A DNA stretch of 64,000 bases from Clostridia bacterium (GTDB lineage Bacteria > Bacillota > Clostridia > TANB77 > CAG-465): contig JAFVCY010000010.1 in assembly GCA_017478805.1 (NCBI GenBank), forward strand, positions 484-64,483, read 5' to 3'. The notes beneath the pieces are model-generated. The model did not search any database. It saw only the letters and a program-made list of their open reading frames with translations, and had not been told where the DNA came from. The position numbers were made by a program, and so were the translations under genes. Numbering within the stretch: position 1 is the first letter of the stretch; every line of letters begins with the position of its first letter. Shown piece by piece: positions 1-10,061 of the stretch.

Positions 1-533
1 TTATTTAGCTTTATAATTCTTGCTGTTTTATTCTTAACTACCCTAACTGTACCAGTTGTTATATTCACATCAGAAACTTTTAGACTGATAAGCTCTGTAA
101 CACGCATACCAGTTGAGTATAACACATTAAGCATTGTCTCATCTCTTTTACCTTTTAAATCATTTGGTATTGGCTGATTAAGTAAAGCCTCAATCTCTGC
201 TTTTGTAAGTATAACCGGGTCTTTCTTCTCAACTTTATTCATCTCTACATCTACTACTATATTTTCTTCAGCTAAGTTTCTACTTACTAAATATTTAAAA
301 AATGCTTTTATTGATGCTGAAGTTCTAGATATAGTTGCAGTTGACTTGTTCTGTGATTTTAAATAATCTATGTATTCTTGCATATCTTCCTTTTTTAGTG
401 AATACACTTGTCTGTTTTTACTTTCAAAATAATCTTCAAATCTTACAATATCCCTTTCATAAGAAGCTATTGTATTTTTTGCTGCATGTTTACTCTCCAA
501 ATGACTAATAAATTCATCTATTATTACTCTCAT
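1..533 (-). CDS. XerC/XerD-family tyrosine recombinase, partial. The N-terminal 177 aa lie in the window; the C-terminus runs off the left edge.
   Basis: The reverse translation reads MRVIIDEFISHLESKHAAKNTIASYERDIVRFED...LLNQPIPNDLKGKRDETMLNVLYSTGMRVTELISLKVSDV, i.e. a phage-integrase SAM-like N-domain followed by the start of the catalytic domain. A GGAGGA RBS sits upstream of the ATG at 531-533. Confidence 0.7.
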   Translation of the reverse strand, partial: MRVIIDEFISHLESKHAAKNTIASYERDIVRFEDYFESKNRQVYSLKKEDMQEYIDYLKSQNKSTATISRTSASIKAFFKYLVSRNLAEENIVVDVEMNKVEKKDPVILTKAEIEALLNQPIPNDLKGKRDETMLNVLYSTGMRVTELISLKVSDVNITTGTVRVVKNKTARIIKLN

Positions 534-1090
534 GTTCTTGTCCTCCATTTGTCTACAAGCATTATATACCATTTTGTAATAAAATGCAAGCTTTTTTTTA
601 AAATTATGTAAATTAATTTTAATAATATCATTTTATAATAATTAATCAAGAAAAAAATTGTACACTAGAACATAAACTATCATTTGCTAGTATAGAAATT
701 ATTATCAACTTTCATTTGTAAAGTGTATAATAAAACTGAAAAAAAAAAAAAAACTACCTAAAAAAAGGTAGATTCTTAACATTTGTCCACCTACGCATTT
801 ATTTGTCGGAGGTAGGTCTCCGAATAACATTTGTTCACCTATGCATTTTTCATTATACACTTTATTATACAAAAAAGTCAAGACATTTTATCATTTCTTA
901 TAGCATTACGAATTTTTTCCGTTTACGGAACTTTTTCGTAATGTATTATATAAATCATTCTAAAATATATCGTTAATGATAGTGATTAAAATTGTAAGCC
1001 TTAATACTATGAAGAAAACCTTAGCATTAATCACTATTCTTATATATATATATTTATTTTTTAGCAGTAGTAATTTATATAACTATAGTA

Positions 1091-1127
1091 AAGGGAAAAA
1101 ATAAAGTGACATAAAACGTGTCACTTT
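1091..1127 (-). terminator. Rho-independent terminator downstream of spoIIID.
   Basis: An 8-bp stem (aaagtgac/gtcacttt) is followed on the minus strand by a T-run (attttttcc). Confidence 0.55.
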
Positions 1128-1143
1128 ACCTTATATATCTCTC

Positions 1144-1416
1144 TTAAACCGCCTCTTTTCTTGCTTCATACTTCATTTTAGTAGCCAAACCACCACGTAT
1201 ATGCCTCTCTTCCTTATTATGCTCAAGCACCTTTTTAGCCTCACCTGCAAGAACAGGATTAGACTTTTCTAATCTTTCCGAAATATCCTTGTGTACAGTA
1301 GATTTACTAACCTTAAAAACTTTAGCAGCCACCCTAACAGTGCTACCAGTTTCAATAATATACCTAGCGAGCATATCTGCTCTTTCCTCAATATCTGAAT
1401 ATACCAAAACTATCAC
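1144..1416 (-). CDS. spoIIID: Stage III sporulation protein D (SpoIIID), a small DNA-binding regulator.
   Basis: The 90-aa product contains ...ARYIIETGSTVRVAAKVFKVSKSTVHKDISERL...NKEERHIRGGLATK, an HTH pattern characteristic of SpoIIID. Confidence 0.9.
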   Translation of the reverse strand: MIVLVYSDIEERADMLARYIIETGSTVRVAAKVFKVSKSTVHKDISERLEKSNPVLAGEAKKVLEHNKEERHIRGGLATKMKYEARKEAV

Positions 1417-1456
1417 CCCTCATATTATTTATATACTTATTATTTTCCAAAATATG

Positions 1457-2101
1457 TTAAATATTTAAATATTTTGTTATATCAACTGCCTCATTTTTGT
1501 AATAGACAGAAATATATAAATAACTAGCATCAAGAAGTGAATAATCCAAAGTTTTACCAATAATAGTTCCTGCATCTACTTTATCACCAATTTTTACCAT
1601 AGCATCACTGTCTAGATTACTATATTTACAAGTAATATCATCACTATACTTTATAACAACACTATAACCATAGCTATAATCTAAAAAAACATTGTCAACA
1701 ACTCCGCTTGTCATACTATATACATTTTCATTTTTCTTGACTTTCATATTAATTATTCCGCTTGCGTAGTTATATGAAAGGATACTATTGCTATCCACAG
1801 GAAGTGAAAAATTACTATATATTTTTGAAATAGTATCTTTTACATCATTAGTTTCTTTACTAGTTTCCAAATTACTAAAAACAGGTGCTGCAGACTCATC
1901 TATTGCAGTAGTATTACTTTTCCTGCTTAAATTTGCCCCAAAGAAAAGCACCATAACTATTAAAAGCACATAATAACTTTTATTAATATTCCTTTTCTTA
2001 AATCTATTTCTTCTCCTTCCCTCCACTTTCTCTTTAGAAAATTGTTTTTTTACGTTATTTACAAAATCACTATTAAATTCTATCTTCATATTTACCTCCA
2101 T
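1457..2101 (-). CDS. spoIIQ: SpoIIQ-like membrane-anchored protein with a degenerate LytM/M23 domain.
   Basis: It has an N-terminal TM segment (YYVLLIVMVLFFGANL) and an M23-like core (GYSVVIKYSDDITCKYSNL...IGDKVDAGTIIGKT) in which the metal-binding His residues are missing. Its position between spoIID and spoIIID matches the conserved Firmicute synteny. Confidence 0.6.
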   Translation of the reverse strand: MEVNMKIEFNSDFVNNVKKQFSKEKVEGRRRNRFKKRNINKSYYVLLIVMVLFFGANLSRKSNTTAIDESAAPVFSNLETSKETNDVKDTISKIYSNFSLPVDSNSILSYNYASGIINMKVKKNENVYSMTSGVVDNVFLDYSYGYSVVIKYSDDITCKYSNLDSDAMVKIGDKVDAGTIIGKTLDYSLLDASYLYISVYYKNEAVDITKYLNI

Positions 2102-2114
2102 CTTTTGTTACTTT

Positions 2115-3140
2115 TTAAATTTTCTTAAGTTCAACTCCTGTATAATAATGTTTAATTATCTCCTCAAACGTTTTACCATTTTTTCCCAAGTAGTCTGCAC
2201 CAACCTGGCTCATACCAACCCCATGTCCATATCCTGTAACATGGAACACAAAACTATTATCATTTTGAGTAATAGTAAATAATGTTGATTTAAGGCCAAA
2301 AAGCTTCCTTAAATTTTCACTAGATATAATATAACCATTTATTATTGTATCACGCACTCTTGAGCTGTCAGTATACGAATTTACCGCCAAAACTCCATCT
2401 CCAAGTTCAAAGTTTTCATTTAACTCCTGCCTTACTTTATCTTTAAAATATTCTTTTTCCACTTCAAGCGTGCTATATCTATTTTTATAGTCCTCACTTT
2501 CCACAGATTCCACAGATACAAGGTAAGGAAAATGCTCTTTACCCCAGACTTCCTTAGCATCTTCAGTTCTTATAGGACTACTTGCATGAAAAAACGCCTT
2601 AATAATTTCATCATTATATGTAATAACTATACCATCAGTAGAAACAACGGCGCTATTAATTTTATTCCAATAATAATTTATCTCATCTTCATTCCACCCC
2701 TTTGAAAGTCTCCAAGACTTAAAAATTTCATCTTTTGACATATATGCTTGACAGTGATTTGCTGAAGAGCAAATATCACAGTTATAGTCATGACCTGCCA
2801 TTTTCTTTTCATAAAAATACGTTCTTGCAACTACTGCCTGAGCCTGAACAGCGCTATAGCTAAAATCAGCTGGCATTTCAGATGCCACAACACCTCTTAA
2901 GTAGTCATAAAAATCAATTTGAACTACTTCATCAATCTCAGGCCTGTACATAGATATACTTTGACCACTTTGAACCTCATCAAACATTTCAAACTCATCT
3001 TTTAAGTTTTCTGTACTCTCATCTAAATGTATAAGAGAGCTAGTACTTTCTACTATGCTTTCATTTGGTTTTGTTAAGAAATATGTTATAACGGATAAAA
3101 ATATGAAAAAAACACAAAAAAAGACAAGCCACTTTCTCAA
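2115..3140 (-). CDS. spoIID: Stage II sporulation protein D (SpoIID), a lytic transglycosylase. The start codon is TTG.
   Basis: SpoIID/LytB-domain motifs are present: ...HVTGYGHGVGMSQVGADYLGKNGKTFEEIIKHYYTGVEL and CDICSSANHCQAY. Confidence 0.9.
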   Translation of the reverse strand: MRKWLVFFCVFFIFLSVITYFLTKPNESIVESTSSLIHLDESTENLKDEFEMFDEVQSGQSISMYRPEIDEVVQIDFYDYLRGVVASEMPADFSYSAVQAQAVVARTYFYEKKMAGHDYNCDICSSANHCQAYMSKDEIFKSWRLSKGWNEDEINYYWNKINSAVVSTDGIVITYNDEIIKAFFHASSPIRTEDAKEVWGKEHFPYLVSVESVESEDYKNRYSTLEVEKEYFKDKVRQELNENFELGDGVLAVNSYTDSSRVRDTIINGYIISSENLRKLFGLKSTLFTITQNDNSFVFHVTGYGHGVGMSQVGADYLGKNGKTFEEIIKHYYTGVELKKI

Positions 3141-3207
3141 TATATATCACCCTATAATAATATATATTCATGACTTGTCTATTTTATTCATAAAAATTAT
3201 AATTTTT

Positions 3208-4554
3208 TTAATATTGAATGAATGATCCCATATAAATTTCAATAACCGGTACTAAAACAACTAGTACAAATACAATAAGCGCAACACCAACTACTGCATA
3301 AGTTACATCTGGAAGCCATCTAGTAAACTTACCAATAGACTCCTCTATTTGTATATCGATATAGCTGTTTACCTTATCCATCATTTCTGGAAGGTCAGTT
3401 TGCATACCTATTGTAAGCATCTCAGAAACCATTGGATTAAATATCTTTCTTTCCTGGAAAGGAACTATCCAAGAATCACCTGCCAAGCTTCTATTCTTTG
3501 CAACTTCGACAATTGACAAGAAATAATAGTTTGAAGTTACATTTTTAGAAACTGAAATAGCCTCATTAATCCTCATACCATTTTTTATATTAAGTAGCAT
3601 TGCTTGGAAGAAATTACTTACAGTCATATTTATAAGTAGCTGCCCTACAACTGGGAACTTAAACTTAAATTTATCCCAGTTATATCTACCTCTTGCAGTA
3701 TGTATATACACCTCAAATGCAGTAAATAACAGTACTAAAGCGGTTACTATATATCCCCAATGTGCAGCCAGCCAGTCTACCACATCTAATGCAACCTGAG
3801 TTGCAACCGGTATTGCCTTTTCTGAGTTGAACATCGCATATACATCTTTTAATAATGGAACACCCCAAATAAGTGCAACAAACATCAAAATGATAATCGC
3901 AAAAAACTGTACTAATTTAGGTATAATTGCTGCCCTAACCTTCTTCCTAAAATCATTACTCGATTCAATGTAATCACGAGCGTAAAGAAGCGCATTATCA
4001 AGTGTACCAGTTTCCTCACCTACACGTATGAAGTTAACGACCATAGGTGGAAAAACCTTTGGATAATTTAACATCATCGTATATAAACGTTCACCGTTTT
4101 CAACACCCTCAAGTATATGTTCAATTATATCTCTAAACGCTGGATTATCTGTTGTTTCATAAAGCGATTTAAGTGCTTGGATGTTATTGAACTTTGCCTT
4201 TTTCAAAATATACAAATTGTTAATAAATGCAACTATATCTTTATTCGAAATATTTGAAAAAAGATGAATTTCTATCTTCATCATTTCAGCAAAAGACATA
4301 CCACGTCTAACTTCTTTATCTATATCTTTAACCTTATCAATCTGCTCATCATATTTCTTTCTTGCTTTTAGTAATTTTTCTCTATCACGCTCGAATATTT
4401 TTTTTGTCCTTCTAGGCTCTATAACTTCAATCTTTATAGGCTGTATACTAGATTTTTTTAGTTTTTCAAAAACTTCAAGCTTAGTTTGAGATGGAATTAT
4501 TCCTTTAATTCTTGAACCATCCTTCAGCATACCCCTATACTTAAAATCTGGCAC
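3208..4554 (-). CDS. pilC: Type IV pilus assembly platform protein PilC (GspF family).
   Basis: The 448-aa product has two T2SSF-like repeats, three TM segments and a typical PilC N-terminus. Confidence 0.85.
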   Translation of the reverse strand: MPDFKYRGMLKDGSRIKGIIPSQTKLEVFEKLKKSSIQPIKIEVIEPRRTKKIFERDREKLLKARKKYDEQIDKVKDIDKEVRRGMSFAEMMKIEIHLFSNISNKDIVAFINNLYILKKAKFNNIQALKSLYETTDNPAFRDIIEHILEGVENGERLYTMMLNYPKVFPPMVVNFIRVGEETGTLDNALLYARDYIESSNDFRKKVRAAIIPKLVQFFAIIILMFVALIWGVPLLKDVYAMFNSEKAIPVATQVALDVVDWLAAHWGYIVTALVLLFTAFEVYIHTARGRYNWDKFKFKFPVVGQLLINMTVSNFFQAMLLNIKNGMRINEAISVSKNVTSNYYFLSIVEVAKNRSLAGDSWIVPFQERKIFNPMVSEMLTIGMQTDLPEMMDKVNSYIDIQIEESIGKFTRWLPDVTYAVVGVALIVFVLVVLVPVIEIYMGSFIQY

Positions 4555-4574
4555 TTACAAATCACCTCCTAATG

Positions 4575-6212
4575 TTAAATTGTTATTTTTCTCTTAAGTT
4601 CAGCTATTGTAGTTGTTCCATCTAATACTTTCTTTATAGCATCAACAACTAGTGGCTGATAATCTGTATTTTGTCTTGCATATTTCCTTATTGCACCAGT
4701 GCTTACTCCCTCAGAAATCATATCTTTAATATCGTCATCTAGGTTAAGCACTTCAAAAACACCAATTCTTTCATAGTACCCTGTACTATTACAATGCTCA
4801 CAACCAACAGGCTCATAAAGTTTAGCATGTTCTAAATCAAACTGATAACCTGTAACTTTACTTGCTCTGTCAATGTATGCTCTTTCTTCTTCAGTAAGTA
4901 CATGTTCTTTCTTACATTTTGTACATAGTCTTCTAACTAGTCTTTGAGAAAGAGTTGTAACAAGTGTAGATGATATATCATATGGAGATATACCAACTTT
5001 CTTAAGTCTTGTTATAGACTCAACTGCATCAATAGTATGCACTGTTGAAAGTACCAAGTGTCCAGTTTGACCTGCTTCAATTGCAGCAAATGCAGTTTCT
5101 TTATCTCTTATCTCACCTACAAGGATTATATCTGGGTCCTGTCTTAAAACGGTACGAAGTGCAGATGCAAATGTTATATTTGGTCCAATTTCTATTTGGT
5201 TTATACCAGGTATCCTCATTTCAACTGGGTTTTCAATTGACACTATATTTATATTTGGCTTATTCAAATAATCAAGTACGCTATATAGTGTTGTAGTTTT
5301 ACCTTCTCCAGTTGGTGCACAAACAAGTATAAGTGAATTTCTCTTATCGAACGCTTTTTCAACAAGCCCATCATCTTGTGGGAAACCAAGTTCTTCTGAA
5401 GATTTCATATCGCTATTTTTCTTTAAAAACCTTAAAACGAACTTTTCGCCCCATACATTTCTTTGTGAAGATACACGAATACTATAATTATCATAAGTAT
5501 TAATACTTCCATCTTGGTCATAAGATATCTCTTGGTGCATATTAGATATTGCTTTTAATCTTCCAACCATTATATCCTGCCTATCCTTTGCAATTTCAGT
5601 AGCAGATATAAGTTCACCATCAATTCTATATCTAATTCTAACCTTATCTTCCATTGGCTCAAAGTGAATATCACTTGCTCTTTTAGTAATTGCTGTCATT
5701 ATAATGTTATCAATAAGTCTTGTTGTATCCTTCTCATCTTTATCAACAAACTTATTCTCAACAGTTCTTACATCACCAATTTGCTTCATTATAGAAGTAT
5801 AAAGTGTTACATATCTCTTTGTTGTATAACCTGCATCTAAAAGCATAAGTTCAACTTCATGAACCCTATCTTCATCTTGGATATTAGCAAAAGCAACAGA
5901 TAGCATATTACCTTCCAACTTAAAAGGTAGCGCCCTATAATTAATTATAACATCACGTGGTAGGTAATCAGTTGGCTTTACAGGTAAATTTGTATCTAGC
6001 ATTATTCCTTCAACATTTAGTTTTGAAGAAAGAACTAATAAAATCTCATTTTTTGGACACATGTCTAGAATATCCACAATCTCTGCAAATTTTAGCTCTC
6101 TATGGTCCTTTTGATACTCTAAAACTCTAGTTACTTGAGTTTCAGTAAGTAGCCCCCTTTTAATAAATTCGAATCCTATAGGATTTTTCTTTGATTTAAC
6201 ACTTTCAAACAT
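4575..6212 (-). CDS. pilB: Type IV pilus assembly ATPase PilB (GspE family).
   Basis: It carries a Walker A motif (LVCAPTGEGKTTTLYS), Asp and His boxes, and a C-terminal tetracysteine (CTKCKK...CEHCNSTGY). Confidence 0.9.
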   Translation of the reverse strand: MFESVKSKKNPIGFEFIKRGLLTETQVTRVLEYQKDHRELKFAEIVDILDMCPKNEILLVLSSKLNVEGIMLDTNLPVKPTDYLPRDVIINYRALPFKLEGNMLSVAFANIQDEDRVHEVELMLLDAGYTTKRYVTLYTSIMKQIGDVRTVENKFVDKDEKDTTRLIDNIIMTAITKRASDIHFEPMEDKVRIRYRIDGELISATEIAKDRQDIMVGRLKAISNMHQEISYDQDGSINTYDNYSIRVSSQRNVWGEKFVLRFLKKNSDMKSSEELGFPQDDGLVEKAFDKRNSLILVCAPTGEGKTTTLYSVLDYLNKPNINIVSIENPVEMRIPGINQIEIGPNITFASALRTVLRQDPDIILVGEIRDKETAFAAIEAGQTGHLVLSTVHTIDAVESITRLKKVGISPYDISSTLVTTLSQRLVRRLCTKCKKEHVLTEEERAYIDRASKVTGYQFDLEHAKLYEPVGCEHCNSTGYYERIGVFEVLNLDDDIKDMISEGVSTGAIRKYARQNTDYQPLVVDAIKKVLDGTTTIAELKRKITI

Positions 6213-6432
6213 ATAAAACCTCCCATAATATGTTTATTTTTTTATTTAAACTATCATATTAAGTATGTAAATCTGATACAGTACTGTTATAATAACCTTG
6301 CAAAATCTTATCATACTTACCAGTTATAATGCTAAAATTATTACTAATTATTATACTAGCATTAATATACACTGCAATGGTTATAGTAGCAATTATTACA
6401 ATAAGAACAGCAGAGCCTTTCTTCTTTTTCAT

Positions 6433-6894
6433 TTAAACACCACCACCATCTAAAGAAACTACTATATCTCTTGAAATTTCAGTATCAAATCTTGAAAATG
6501 ATACATTTAAGCATAAGCTCTCACTCTTCTCAAGTATAGAGCTTGCAAGATCAACACCCTCTATTTCAAGTAATTCTTTAAAGTCAAAGTCATGCAAATA
6601 ATTTGCTAAAACTCCTCCATTTTTATACACTACATTATTTGCAGTATCAAATACGTACAAATCGCCGTTTGAAAATCTTAAATTATTATCTGAAATAGCA
6701 AAAGATGTAGATTTTTTTGCACTATCAAATAAATTCATATATGTTTTTGAATACTCACCTTGCAAATTATACGTAGCCGTCTCTGTCAAAACATTTCTGT
6801 TCATATTTGAACTTAAACTTACTGCAAAGGCAGTAAATACTGTAAATAGCACTAAATATATAATTATTGAGATAAGTGTCATACCTTTTTTCAT
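6433..6894 (-). CDS. Pseudopilin or minor-pilin-like protein.
   Basis: The N-terminus MKKG|MTLISIIIYLVLFTVF has a class III-like leader but lacks Glu at +5. Confidence 0.45.
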   Translation of the reverse strand: MKKGMTLISIIIYLVLFTVFTAFAVSLSSNMNRNVLTETATYNLQGEYSKTYMNLFDSAKKSTSFAISDNNLRFSNGDLYVFDTANNVVYKNGGVLANYLHDFDFKELLEIEGVDLASSILEKSESLCLNVSFSRFDTEISRDIVVSLDGGGV

Positions 6895-6895
6895 A

Positions 6896-7720
6896 TTAAC
6901 TCTTCCTTTTTTTAGATGTAGTTATTTCATAACTATACTTTTGATTATTAACAAGGCAAGTAGTTTTAGCATTTATAATCTTTATATTATCAGCCTTCTT
7001 ATTATACATATCACTTTGCTTTGTAACTGTAACAGTTGTTGAGTAAACTACTCCATCTAATACTGTACTAGAAACAAACGAATTTACATCATCATAATTA
7101 AGACCTAAGGCAATTTCTGCTATTTTAGTGCACTCAAGCATGCTATTACTTTTATACACATCCTCATACTTAGAGCTTGAGGAATTTCTAAATGTAAGAT
7201 AAGTAGCTGAAACTGAAATTGCAAATACAACAGCTGCAATTATTATCTCAGTTATAAAGACACCTGAATTTTTCTTTAGCTGCATATCCATATCTAATTT
7301 GTTTAATTCTTCTTTTATAAGTTTCTGCTTATTTATATAGCATCCAGTTGTCATTACTAGATATATGTATAAAGCAATAGCAATAAATGTATAAACTGAA
7401 ATACCAAATAAATAATAAAAACAAGCAAAAGCAAGCCCAGAGCACACTTCTAAAAGTAAATATCTAATACTTATTTTTTCCTTGCAATACTTACATTTTC
7501 CAAAATGAAATATATAACTTAAAACTGGTATTAAATCAAAAAATCCCAGTTTATGATTACATTTTGGACAAAAAGACCTAGTTGCAACAATATCCAATTT
7601 TCTAGGTAACCTGTAATTAGCAAGTGAAAAAAAACTACCAAACAAAGTACCTATTATAAAAAAGTTAATATATAAATAAATAGTTATAAAGTCCACTAGC
7701 TCACGCCCCTTTTTTAGCAT
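6896..7720 (-). CDS. PilD N-terminal zinc-finger membrane domain fused in frame to a canonical type IV prepilin. The A24 catalytic domain is absent.
   Basis: Residues 1-143 match the PilD N-domain (CPKCNHKLGFFDLIPVLSYIFHFGKCKYCKEKISIRYLLLEV) but no A24 Asp-Asp domain follows. Residues 144-274 read MDMQLKKNSG|VFITEIIIAAVVFAISV, with Gly-1 and Glu+5 as in a prepilin. Confidence 0.55.
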   Translation of the reverse strand: MLKKGRELVDFITIYLYINFFIIGTLFGSFFSLANYRLPRKLDIVATRSFCPKCNHKLGFFDLIPVLSYIFHFGKCKYCKEKISIRYLLLEVCSGLAFACFYYLFGISVYTFIAIALYIYLVMTTGCYINKQKLIKEELNKLDMDMQLKKNSGVFITEIIIAAVVFAISVSATYLTFRNSSSSKYEDVYKSNSMLECTKIAEIALGLNYDDVNSFVSSTVLDGVVYSTTVTVTKQSDMYNKKADNIKIINAKTTCLVNNQKYSYEITTSKKRKS

Positions 7721-7935
7721 AAATATTTTTTAGTATACATTTTACATCATATAAGTAAATATATAATCTAAAATATACATTATTATATATCAAAAAAGAA
7801 GAGAGAAACTGTAATCAGCATACAAGGAACTTAAAGTAATTATAATAAATATTATAATTATAATAAGTATCATAGTATACCTATTTAAACAATTCCTCCT
7901 CTTTTTTAATACTTAATTTAAACTATAAATTCAAA

Positions 7936-8418
7936 CTATGTTCCAGCTGGAGCATCAGTATAGAATTTAATGTTACCAAATTCATTCATAGCAATTTTGT
8001 ATGTCATTGTAGCTCCTGCTTTAGTTGGAGTCATACCAATAGCTGAAAGAATTGGAGCATATCCAGTTATAGCTGTACCAGTTACAACTGCACCAGTTGC
8101 ATCAACTGTTTTTGGAGTTACAGTAACATTTGCTAAATCCCAGTATGTTCCAGTTATAACATTACCATCAGTTCCAACTTTTCCAGTTAAAGCTGTTGTA
8201 CCAGTTATAGTTGGTTGGTTACCAGAACCGTCAGATATTAACTTAGCAAGCCATAAAACTGCTCCTGAGTTAAGATCTCCTTCTTCTTGTAGTAATGCTG
8301 CTTTATTAGCATTGTCAATTGGGTTGTTGTTACTTAGGTTTAAGATAACAGCACCTGCCAATATGATAATGATAATAATAGTAATAACTAGAACGATTAA
8401 AGAAATACCTTTTTTCAT
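7936..8418 (-). CDS. Pilin-like protein, a major-pilin candidate.
   Basis: The N-terminus MKKG|ISLIVLVITIIIIIILAGAV lacks Glu at +5, and the C-terminus is Gly/Thr-rich. Confidence 0.45.
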   Translation of the reverse strand: MKKGISLIVLVITIIIIIILAGAVILNLSNNNPIDNANKAALLQEEGDLNSGAVLWLAKLISDGSGNQPTITGTTALTGKVGTDGNVITGTYWDLANVTVTPKTVDATGAVVTGTAITGYAPILSAIGMTPTKAGATMTYKIAMNEFGNIKFYTDAPAGT

Positions 8419-8487
8419 ATTTACACCTCCCTATAGAAAAATAGTATATATAAAAACATATATATTATTTATATGTTTTTACCAAAA

Positions 8488-8967
8488 TTAGTTAATGTGG
8501 AAAACTTCAAATTCATCTATCCACCATTTTGGCTTATTTGAATATGAAAGTTTAAGCACACCCGCATCGCTTATATACCACGTTAAGTTACCTTCGTTTA
8601 CAAGCTGCGTAGATAAAACCTTAGTAAAATTCGATAAATTCACTTTATAATAAGTTACGTCACCTTTCTTTTTTACATTTTCAGTAGGATTAACAAGTGG
8701 TATTATTTCGCCACCTTTAGTATCACTAATTACTGAGTTTTCCATATCATCCAAATTAGATACACCAAGTAATAATTGCTCTACAGTATATGCATCAAAG
8801 GTATCAGCCCTAAGTTTTCCAATATATTCAGAAATCTTTACTTGACCTTCAATGACTGCCTTAAGCACACTTGTTGAATCTGCACTATATTGTGGATTCA
8901 AAAGATAAGATGATACTAAACCTATTATTATAATTAAAAGTATTACAATTATTATGTTCTTTTTCAA
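8488..8967 (-). CDS. Membrane-anchored pilus-associated protein.
   Basis: It has an N-terminal TM segment (IIIVILLIIIIGLV) and lies in the pilus operon. Confidence 0.4.
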   Translation of the reverse strand: MKKNIIIVILLIIIIGLVSSYLLNPQYSADSTSVLKAVIEGQVKISEYIGKLRADTFDAYTVEQLLLGVSNLDDMENSVISDTKGGEIIPLVNPTENVKKKGDVTYYKVNLSNFTKVLSTQLVNEGNLTWYISDAGVLKLSYSNKPKWWIDEFEVFHIN

Positions 8968-8983
8968 ATTTTACCTCCAGTCA

Positions 8984-9382
8984 TTATTTTGTAGTACCTG
9001 ATATAACAGCACCTGTTTTTGTAGAAGTTGTATTACTTGCAGTCGTATTTTGATTTGCTGTTTGATTTGTACTATTGTTAGTTGTCGTTGTTACAGTTTC
9101 AGTTGGAGTAAATGGGTCATAATTTCCAGGTACGTACTGCTTGTTATTTGTATATGTAGTAATATCTTCTCCACCAATTGAATAGTTTTGAGCTAGAATT
9201 TCAGTAACTAATTCTTTAGTTTCTACAAATTCATATTCATCACTTCTTACTCTAGCATAGCTTGGCACTACATCTGCTGATAAACTAGTTACCTGTGGTA
9301 ACATTATCAAGAACATGACTAGTACAATTGCTGATACTAATATTATTGATGCCACTATTGATAGCACGTAATGTTTGGTCAT
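8984..9382 (-). CDS. Membrane-anchored Ser/Thr-rich pilus-associated protein.
   Basis: It has an N-terminal TM segment, a T/N-rich C-terminus, and lies in the pilus operon. Confidence 0.4.
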   Translation of the reverse strand: MTKHYVLSIVASIILVSAIVLVMFLIMLPQVTSLSADVVPSYARVRSDEYEFVETKELVTEILAQNYSIGGEDITTYTNNKQYVPGNYDPFTPTETVTTTTNNSTNQTANQNTTASNTTSTKTGAVISGTTK

Positions 9383-9401
9383 TTTTTTACTCCTTTCCTA
9401 A

Positions 9402-10061
9402 CTATTTCTTAAGCTCTAATCCAGTTACTTCGAATATAGCAGAAATCTTATTATTTTCAGCATATTCCATACGTATATTATCTAGATTAAATCTTAATTC
9501 TTTGTCATTTTCAACGTTATATATAAATTCTGAAACATTTAAGTATGTACCCTTTACCATTATTTTTAATGTTTCAAGTGATACAGTATCTGATATTTGA
9601 GTTGATGTTGAACCTGTAGCTTTAGTAGTATTTGATGTATCATCATCAGTTGTAACTATAGTTGCTCCCGGCTCATAAAGTGAAATTGATAAGTTATTTG
9701 CAAGTGCATAGTTACCTAAGTTAACCCAAATATACTCTAAATTATATGTAGTACCCTTTGTTGCTTGGTTTATAATACTTATTGTTTCATCTGATATTGC
9801 ATCATATCTATTTTTTTCTTTTTCGTAATTGCTTTTTGCACTTTCTAAATTGTTAAGTGCATTTTTATGATTAGTTCTAGTCAAATCTAATGATTCAACT
9901 TTAGTATTTAATTCTTCTTTCTTCTCATCTAGAGCAGAAGTTGAATATACCTTGAACAATAATAAATCCATACCTTCTTCATTATTAATCATAAATATTA
10001 AAAGAGCAATACATAAAATAATAATACATATTTCTATTAATAATCCTTTTGCGTTTTTCAT
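9402..10061 (-). CDS. pilO: PilO-like inner-membrane pilus assembly protein.
   Basis: An N-terminal TM segment is followed by coiled-coil and a periplasmic domain. The gene overlaps pilMN by 4 nt. Confidence 0.55.
   Translation of the reverse strand: MKNAKGLLIEICIIILCIALLIFMINNEEGMDLLLFKVYSTSALDEKKEELNTKVESLDLTRTNHKNALNNLESAKSNYEKEKNRYDAISDETISIINQATKGTTYNLEYIWVNLGNYALANNLSISLYEPGATIVTTDDDTSNTTKATGSTSTQISDTVSLETLKIMVKGTYLNVSEFIYNVENDKELRFNLDNIRMEYAENNKISAIFEVTGLELKK

Noticed and set aside
408-611. A 67-aa ORF on the plus strand.
   Set aside because: It is a low-complexity shadow ORF overlapping the recombinase coding sequence on the opposite strand.
5045-5296. An 83-aa ORF inside pilB on the opposite strand.
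   Set aside because: It is a shadow ORF within a well-supported ATPase coding sequence.
7970-8491. A 173-aa antisense ORF opposite the pilin-like gene.
   Set aside because: Its composition-driven hydrophobic translation mirrors the pilin gene on the other strand, and it has no RBS or recognisable motifs.
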